Assembly (NCBI RefSeq): GCF_046119375.1
Contig: NW_027362769.1
Location: 116,436,001 to 116,500,000 of the forward strand
DNA from: Phyllobates terribilis
Taxonomy: Eukaryota
Direction of reading: 5' to 3'
Length of the DNA stretch: 64,000 nt
Both the position numbers and the translations under genes were made by a program. Shown here in pieces: positions 47,501 to 57,400 of the stretch; within the stretch, counting starts at the first letter, position 1, and each line of letters opens with the position of its first letter. The notes below the pieces were generated by a model, which saw only the letters and a program-made list of their open reading frames with translations, was not told where the DNA came from and did no database searches.

Positions 47501-50500
47501 AGAACGGGGGAACCAGCACTGGAACCGGAGAGGTCAAGTGCCTGCTGTGTTTGATATTTTGGAGAGTTTAAGGTCCACTTTTCTGAAAGTGAACAACCCT
47601 TTTAATATTCATCAGTGAGAAAGTATATTGTCTGATTAATGTATATGTAATAAAGAATAATCCACCTCCTTAGATTATTATAAAGTTGTTGTTTTTTGCT
47701 CAGATGGTAACACCAAGAGATCCATATACCATCAAATCCACCTATTCCTTGGAGATCTCCTTGGGGGAGTTAATTATGCCAAGATGTTTGTGACTACTCC
47801 ATATTATTACACAGTAGGTAAGATTGTGAAATGTGCTGCTACCGATATATTATTATTTATTATTATAGTGCCATTCATTCCATGGCGCTTTGTTATATAC
47901 AGTATATACCGCAACCAATAAGTGAGCTCAGCGGCTCTGTCCAGGTTAATGACACAAGGCGCTGAGCTCGCTAATTTGGCTGTAAATGTGACATCGGGGC
48001 TGCAGACAATAGTGGACACCAGGAGCAGAGGTATAGTGGACCCGGGGAGGGTGAGTAAACCATTTTGTTTTTGTTTTTTTAAACCACTTTAAAAGTTTGT
48101 TTTAAGTTTTTGGAAGGTGTTGACTGTGATTCTCCTAACAGTTGATGTTTGCTTCCTATAGACTTTGAGTGCATCCTGAGCAAAAATAAAAAGCCTATTG
48201 CGTATATAGAGGAGAACAAGCTATCCGCCAATGTGGCAGAAGTCCAATGGGGCCAGGACAGTCAAATGTGTGATAACAAGTCTCTACCACAGGGAGCCCA
48301 GAGGTCAGTGATTCTGTGTGTAGATCACGACGCAGACTCATTCTCTTAAAGAATAGCCATTATTTTTATTTTTCTTACATAAATCACACGAAATAAGAAA
48401 CTTTGTAATATATTTTAGCAGAGAAATCTTCTTCTTACTCCTCCGCGACTAATCGTTCATTCTCAAAATTCTCAATTTACAAGTAAAATCTGTCTTCAGT
48501 GAAGACAGATTTTCCCTTTACTGAAATAGGAGATGACAGTTGGTGCTCATAAAGTTCTAAGGGGAACTGTAACAGTCATTTCAGGAGAACTTGCAGCAGA
48601 ATGTCTGTGTCGGCCTCTAGCTCCTCCCTCCTCCATAGAATTTTACAAGCACCAACTGTCATCTACTATCTCAGTAATGAGAAGATCCGTCCAGGAGGAG
48701 AAGAAAAGCTGATTTCTCTGATGAGATATATTACAGCGTTGCTTATTTTTATGCGTACTCTTAATTTATGAAATAAATGTTACTCTTTAAAGGTTTCCAT
48801 AACATCTATTCTTTGCAGTAGAGAGGAAATTGTATTATATATTGTTATAACATCAATAGCCTTATTGCTGTTGGAAGTTCAATTTATGCATTAACACCAG
48901 AGATGAGCGGATCAGGCAAAATTAGAATTTGCCTGATTGATTTTTTATTTGTTTTCCCATAGAAAATCTATTCACAGAAAAGTTATTCTTTATGAATTTA
49001 ACCCCTTTTACCCCCGAGGGTGGTTTGCACGTTAATGACTTGGCCAATTTTTACAAATCTGACCACTTTCACTTTATGAGGTGATACCTCTGGAACGCTT
49101 CAACGGATCCCCCTGATTCTGAGATTGTTTTTTCGTGACATTTTGTACTTCATGATTGTGGTAAAATTTCTTTGATATCACTTGTGTTTATTTAAAAATT
49201 TGGAAATTTGGCAAAAATTTTGAAAATTTCGCAATTTTCAAAATTTTAATTTTTATGCCCTTAAATCAGAGAGATATGTCACACAAAATAGTTAATAAAT
49301 AACATTTCCCACATGTCTACTTTACATCAGCACAATTTTTTTTTGTTAGGAAGTTATAAGGTTTAAAAGTTGACCAGTAATTTCTCATTTTTACAACAAA
49401 ATTTACAAAACCATTTTTTTAGGGACCACATCACATTTGAAGTCACTTTGAGGGGTTTTTATGACAGAAAATACCCAAAAGTGACATCATTCTAAAAACT
49501 GCACCCCTCAAAGTGCTCAAAACCACATTCAAGAAGTTTATTAACCCTTCAGGTGCTTCACAGGAATTTTTGGAATGGGGAAGAAAAAAATGAACATTTA
49601 ACTTTTTTCACAAAAATGTTAGTTTAGACCCAATTTTTTTATTTTTGCAGGGGTAACAGGAAAAAATGGACCTCAAAATGTGTGGTGTAATTTCCCTTGA
49701 GCACGTAGATACCCCATATGTGGAGGCAAACCACTGTTTGGGCGCACGGCAGAGTTCGGAAGGGAAGGACTTTGACTTTTTGAATGTAAAATTTGCTTGA
49801 ATAATTAGCGGACGCCATGTTGCGTTTGGAGAGCCCCTGATGTGCCTAAAGAGTGGAAACCCCCCACAAGTGACACCATTTTGGAAACTAGACCCCTCGG
49901 GGAACTTATCTAGATGTGTGATGAGCACCTTGCACCCCCAGGTGCTTCACAGAAGTTTATAACCTAGAGCCGTGAAAATACAATTTTCACTTTTTTCCTA
50001 CAAAAATGTTTTTCAGCCCCCAGTTTTGCATTTTCATAAGTTTAACAGGAAAAATTGCACCATGCAACTTGTTGTGCAATTTCTCCTGAGGAAGCCAATA
50101 CCCCATATGTGGGGGAAAACCACTGTTTGGGCGCACGGCAGGGTTCGGAAGGGAAGGAGCGCCATTTGACTTTTTGAATGTAAAATTAGCTTGAATAATT
50201 AGCGGACGCCATGTTGCGTTTGAAAAGCCCCTGATGTGCCTAAACAGTGGAAACCCCCCACAAGTGACACCATTTTCGAAACTAGATTCCTCAGGGAACT
50301 TTTCTAGATGTGTGGTGAGCACCCTTAACCCCCAGGTGCTTCACAGAAGTTTATAACATAGAGCCGTGAAAATAAAAAAATCTAACTTTTTCCACAAAAA
50401 TCATCTTTTAGCCCCAATTTTTTTATTTTCACAAGGGTAAGAGGAGAAAATGGAACCTAAGAAACTGTTGTGCAATTTCTCCTTAGTTAGCTAATACCCC

Positions 50501-51453
50501 ATATGGAAAATACACTGTTTGGGAGCATGTCAGAGTTCAGAAGGGAAGGAGCACTGTGTGACTTTTTGAACGCAAAATTGTCTGGAATCAAGAGCGGACG
50601 CCATGTCGCATTTCGGAAGCCCCTGATGTGCCTAAATAGTGAAAACCCCCACAATTGACTCCATTTTGGAAACTAGACCCCTCAAGAATTTTATCAAGTG
50701 GTATAGTGTACATTTTGAACACAGAGGTACGACAGAATTTGATAACATTAGGTCATCATATTGAATAAGTTGTCATTAGTCTTGAGCGCACGTGCTCGCT
50801 ACTTGAGTTAGCATTGGGTGCTCGGGTATGCACCATGTATCGCGGGTGCTCGAATTACATGTTCGAGGCCCCATCCCGCACGTTTCACGGTTGTTAGACA
50901 CCCCAAAAAAACATGCGGGGATCACTCGTGCATGGCAGGCGATCCCAGCAACGTTTTTTTGGCCACGAAGCATATGGGGCAGAGACTCGAGCACCCGCGA
51001 TACTCGGTGCATACACGAGCACCCGATGCAAACTCAAGTAGCGAGCACTTGTGCTCAACACTGGTCGCCATATCGTCATCATTTTTTTTTCTTTGCTTTT
51101 GAAAAAATCCCAACCCCAACCCTAACCTCAGCCCAACACTAACCCTAACCCCAACCCTAATACCCTAGCCCTAGCCCAACCCTAATCACAACCCCAACCC
51201 TAGCCCTAGCCCAACCCTAATCACAACCCCAACCCTAACCCTAGCGTAACCCTAGCCTAACCCTAACCCTAGCACAACCCTATCCCCAACCCTAATACAA
51301 CCCCAACCCTAACCCTAGAGTTAATTTTTTTTACGCCGTTCCTCGTGCGGTATAAGTGATTAGATGACTTTATTCTTCGGGTCGGTGTGACTACAGCAAT
51401 ACCAGATTCATATCGGGTTTTTATGATTAACAGCTGTCATACACTAAAAGATG

Positions 51454-51492
<39 letters not shown>

Positions 51493-54400
51493 AAAGACTA
51501 GTTTTTGCATCGCCATATATTGACAGCTATAATTTTTCCATATTTTGGCCGACAGTCATGTGACGGCTCATTTTTTGATGGACAAGTTGACATTTTTATT
51601 GGTACCATTTTTGGGCATGTCATATTTTTTGATCGCTTTCTATTCTAATTTTTCGGAGGCAGAATAAACAAAAACCAGCAATTCCGGAATTGTTTTTTGG
51701 GGTTTTTATTTTATAATTGATAAGGCAGCTTTATTCTTTGGGTCAGTACGTTTACAGCGGTACTGCATTTATATCGTTTTTTTATGTTTTGGCGCTTTTA
51801 CACAACAACTATTTTCTAGAAAAAATAACATTTTTGCATAGTTTTATTCTGAGAGCTATAACTTTTTTTATTTTTCGGCCGTTGGAGCTGTATGGCAGCT
51901 TGTTTTTTGCGGGACAAGATGACGTTTTCAGCGTTACCATTTCTATTTACATTTTGATTGCTTGTTATTCAAATTTTTGTTTGGCGGTATGATGATAAAG
52001 CATTGTGTTTTGCTTCGTTTTTTATATATATTTTTTTTTTACCGTGTTCACTAAAGGGGTTAACTAGTGGGACAGTTTTATAGGTTAGGTTGTCCGGAAG
52101 GAGCGATACCAAATATGTGTACTTTTATTGGTTTAATTTTTTTTTCAGACTAAATACATTTCTCTATCGCTTCATTGGGGGACACAGGACCATGGGTGTA
52201 TGCTGCTGTCGCTAGGAGGTTGACACTATGCAAAAAAAGGAAAAATAGCTCCTCCTCCGCAGTATGCACCCGCCTACAGGCACCAAGCTCACCAGTTTAA
52301 GCCTAGTGTCTGTAGGAGGTAGACCTGGATCTTCACAGATCCAACCCTGTTGTGTTTATTAACCTTTGTTTTTTCTCTTTCAGATACAGCTCTTCAGGCT
52401 AACAGGGAACACTGCATCCCCTGTTAACCCACAAGCGACCGAGAGAGCAATGTGGCTACCCCCACATTGCCCACTCTCGGACCCGCTGGGCAGGACTTAT
52501 CCCCTGTCACCTTAGGGTGTCTCAGGGTGATTTCGGTGGCCAGTCCTAGCCTGTTCCCCACCCCAGCCCCCTCCTCGGAGCGGCCTGGGAGGGAGACGGT
52601 GGTCCCTGCAGGTGACCTTCCCCAGTTTTCTGGGGTTAACACCATCTCCTGCACTGTCCAGGACCCGACAGTGCGGGAAGGAGGAAAAGCCAGGACCCCC
52701 CCCCTATCCAGGAAGGCATCCTGAGACCATCCTCAGAAGGAGAAAGGAAAGGACGATTCCCGGACCCGCTAAGACAGGTACCTCCCTGTCTCTCAGCTGT
52801 AGGTCCCAGTCCCCCGGCGTTACCTGCCTTCCTCCTCCCTCCCCCTCTCACCAAACATGGCGCTTAACAGCGCTTCCCTGGGCCACTTCCTCTTTCTTCT
52901 TCATTATGCGCGGCAAATCTGCAGCGCTTTTCTCCGTCGGGGGGGCGTGTCCAATGGGCGGTCCCGCTCCGACGGATATACGCCCCCTCCTATTTGACCA
53001 ACCAGGGCTGAGGAGCATATTGACGCTTCCGTCACACCCTCGAGCCTTTCGCGGACCTATCAACGGGGGGCCTCTCAAACCCCCCCCCTTCCCATCCGCC
53101 TATCGGAGATTCGACGCGCTCCGTCATCAACGCAGCATCCTCTGCTCCTCTCCCTACACCGACGCCATCACTGCCGCTCGCAGCTCTACTCCGTCGGCAC
53201 CTACTGTGACCCGCTCCAGCCTCACCTTCGGAGCCTTTAAGGGGGACACGGGACCGCTTCTCTGCAGGATCGGGTAGGCTCTGTCCTGACACCAACCCCC
53301 ACCCTTCCCTGCTCACAGCGCCCTCCTCTGCAGTATCCCTGGTCAGGCTCATATGCCCAAACCCAGGGAGCTCTCAGTCCGTCCCTCTCACATTGTCACA
53401 TACTACGCCTGTGCTCTTTGCGGTACTAAGTGGCCCGCGGTTCTCACTGCGGCCTTCTGCTCGACATGCAAACCTCCCGCCATGCTGGCACCCCAAGATC
53501 CCCCCCACCGCTCAGGACGTGGTAACCCCCTCCCCTCCGGAGTGGGCTGTTGCTATGTCACAGTCTGTCTCTGACCTCACCAAGGTTTCTCAATCTCTTG
53601 TGCAGGTCTTAGAACGCTTGCCAGAACGTTTGCCTATGTTATCCACGGCCACCAGCGCTACGAACGTCCCCACAGACGATTCGCAGGCACCCCTGCCCCC
53701 TCCTCACAGGGGCAGACTGACGGCACGTTCTCAGAAACGGACTCACACAAGCTCATCCTCCAGCTCTCCAGACTCCAAGATGCTCCCTGCGTCTCACACC
53801 TCTTCCCCGGAGGTCGCCCCGGGATCTAACTCTGCTTCAGATTCTGACTCTGGTTCCGATGCCGACCAGTATTCCAAGATCCAGGACATGATAGACAGCC
53901 TTATAACGGCTGTCAATCAGACTCTGCATGTTACAGAAGATGAGAGCCCTTCCCGGGACTACTCAGTTTCCTTCAAAAAGATTAAGCGTCCTGCACGCAC
54001 TTTTTCTAACCATGCAGAATTTGACAGTGTTTTTCAAAAGCAGTGGGAGCATCCAGAAAAGCGCTTTACAGGAAAGAAACAGTTAAACGTCCTATACCCC
54101 TTTAACCATGACCTTGTCAGCAAATGGACGGAGTCCCCATCTGTGGACCCTCCTGCCTCTCGCCTTTCTGCCAAGACGATACTATCTCTTCCGGATGGTT
54201 CCTCCCTTAAGGATACCACGGATAGACAGGTTGAGGCTCTCACTAAGTCAGCCTTTGAGGCCGCGGGCACCTCCCTTTGCCCTTCCTTCGCCTCAACTTG
54301 GGTATCAAAAGTGGTGTCCGCGTGGGCCAAACAGCTCAGTCAGGGCATCCTAGCAGGGGCCTCCCCGGACGATCTGGCCGACTTCGCAGATCAAATCGGC

Positions 54401-57400
54401 CACGCAGGGAAATATCTACTTACGGCGTCCCTCGACTCCGCTGCATGCTCAGCCTGGGTTTCCAGTAATCTCGTTGCCTTACGTAGAATTCTCTGGCTTA
54501 AAGCCTGGAACGCCGACCCGGCTACCAAAAGATCTCTAACTAATCTTCCTTTTCAAGGTTCCAGGCTGTTTGGATCCAAGCTAGACCAGATCATCTCTGA
54601 TGCCACTGGGGGTAAGAGCACCTCTCTCCCCCAGCCCAGACCCAAACGCCCTTTTCCTAGGAGATGCCCCCTTCAGTTCCGGTCCTTTCGTCAGTTCGCT
54701 CAACCGAACCCCTCCTCTCAACAGGACCGTACTCCAGCACAGCGGGACAGTCGTAAACCCTCCTTTAGGCCCACGCCTAACTGGCGCCCAAAGAGTCGCT
54801 CCTCCAAGTCCTCTGGATCACGATCACGATCCAACAGGTTTTCCTCAACATGACGGGTCACTCCCATCTGGGACTTCTCCCAGGGTGGGCGGCCATCTCC
54901 TTCTGTTCACAGATTCTTGGCTCCTGGCAATAGAAGATGCCTGGGTCAAAGAAATTGTGACTTCCAGATACAAAATCGAGTTCGACTCCAGCCCACGATC
55001 ACGTTTTCTCAGGTCCCGCTCCCCACAACCATCTCTGCTTCCCGGTTTCCTTCAAGCCATCACCTCCTTTCTGCGCTCAGGAGTCATAGTCCCGGTTCCC
55101 GTTCAGGAAAGGTTTTCCGGTTTTCACTCAAATCTCTTCGTCGTCCCAAAAAAGGACGGCTCACTGCGTCCGATTCTGGACCTCAAACAGCTAAACCGAC
55201 ATGTACGCATCCGACAGTTCAGGATGGAGTCCCTCAGGTCGGTAATCGCCTCGATGGAGGCCGGGGAATATCTATGCTCAGTGGACATTCAGGATGCATA
55301 CCTTCACATCCCAATCTGCGCGTCACATCAGAAGTTCCTTCGCTTTTCCTTCAGGAACGCGCATTACCAGTTCACTGCCCTCCCCTTCGGCCTCGCCACT
55401 GCCCCGAGGGTTTTCACGAAGGTGATGGCGACAGTTATGGCCATTCTTCGAACAAGGGGAATTGTAATCATCCCCTACCTCGACGACCTGTTGATCAAAG
55501 GCCCCACGTTCAGGGACTGTCTCCACAGTCTCCAGATCACCTTGAACACACTCTTCCGGTTAGGCTGGCTGATCAACACAGACAAATCCTCCCTGGTCCC
55601 ATCTCAACGTTTAACCTTCCTAGGGATGCAGTTCGACACGACCCGTGCCCGGGTCCTCCTTCCCAGGGAAAAGAAACTCTCTACGACAAGCAATCCACAT
55701 CTTCTCCGACCCAAGTCCACACTCCCTTCGCCTATGCATGAGTGTCCTGGGAAAGATGGTAGCAGCCATGGAGGCAGTTCCGTTTGCCCAGTTCCATACC
55801 CGGTCTCTTCAACTAGCCCTTCTCTCAGCTTGGGACAAGAATCCGTCATCCCTAGATCGACGCATCAAGTTACCTCGTCAAGTAAGACAGTCACTAACCT
55901 GGTGGTCCCGCCCTTCTTCCTTCAGACCCGGGAGATCATTCCTTCCGCTTCGCTGGCAGGTGGTCACGACCGATGCCAGTCTCATTGGTTGGGGGGCAGT
56001 TTTTCTACAACACACGGTCCAGGGCCGGTGGAGTCCCCACGAAGTCTCCCTTCCCATCAACATTCTGGAGATAAGGGCGATTTACCTGGCGTTGCGTCAC
56101 TGGCAGAAGATCCTGGCAGGGTTCCCAGTCCGTGTACAATCAGACAATTCCACGGCCGTGGCATAAATAAACCATCAGGGAGGAACGCGCAGCAAGCCCG
56201 TTTTAAAAGAGGTGGCAAGAGTGCTACTTTGGGCTGAGAAGACGGTCCCAGCAATCTAAGCAGTCCACATTCCAGGGGTCGACAATTGGGCGGCCGACTT
56301 GCTCAGTCGGCAGGGCCTCGCCTCAGGAGAATGGTCTCTCCTTCCCGAGGTGTTTCACCAAATCTGCTTATGGTGGGGCACGCCGGACGTCGACCTCATG
56401 GCGTCCCGGTTAAACCACAAGGTTCCGTCCTTTGTAGCTCTTTCCCGCGATCCTCTAGCAATCGCCCAGGACGCGCTAGTCATATCATGGTCACGGTTCC
56501 AACTGCCCTATCTTTTTCCACCTCTACCTTTGATCCCTTGAGTCATCAAAAAGGTCAAGACAGAGGGAGTACCAGTTCTCCTAGTAGCCCCAGATTGGCC
56601 CAGACGCGTCTGGTACGCAGATCTGGTAAATCTGCTTGTCGACTCCCCCTGGAGACTACCAGACCGTCTGGACCTTCTCTCTCAGTGTCCTATTCTTCAT
56701 CAGAGTTCTCGTTCTCTGAATTTAATGGTATGGCCGTTGAGGCCGCGGTGTTGAAGACGGCGGGTTTTACTGACAATGTCATTCAGACCCTAATTAACGC
56801 CAGAAAACCCGCTACCTTGCGCATATACCACAGAACTTGGAAAGCCTTTTTTCGGCACTGCGAACAAGATCAGCTGACTCCTATGTCTTTTTCTTTGCCA
56901 GTCATTTTGGCTTTTCTTCAGTCTGGCCTAGAGGCGGGACTCTCTCTCAGCACTCTCAAGGGCCAAGTTTCAGCCTTGTCCATTCTATTCCAACGTAACT
57001 TAGCTAGCCGTCCTCAGGTCAGGACGTTTCTACAAGGGGTGGCCCACCTGGCGCCCCCCTATCGCCCTCCAGTGGAACCATGGGACCTTAATATGGTCCT
57101 AAACGCCCTACAACAGCCTCCGTTTGAACCCATTCAGGACATTCCAGCCTCTCTTCTTTCCTGGAAGGTGGCTTTTCTGGTGGCTGTTACCTCTATTAGG
57201 AGGGTTGCAGAGCTCGCAGCCCTCTCTTGTCGGTCGCCTTTTCTGGTATTCCATCAAGACAAAGTAGTGCTCAGGCCGGTGCCTTCCTTTTTGCCAAAGG
57301 TGGTTTCCGCTTTTCACATTAATGAGGACATCGTTTTGCCTTCCTTTTGCCCTGCTCCAGTGCATCCACGGGAGAAGTCCCTGCACAAACTGGACCTGGT

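Noticed and set aside
52612-53277. 221-aa ORF upstream of DIRS gag
   Set aside because: Not preserved as one frame in copy 1, starts at a non-ATG codon and is GC-rich low-complexity sequence.
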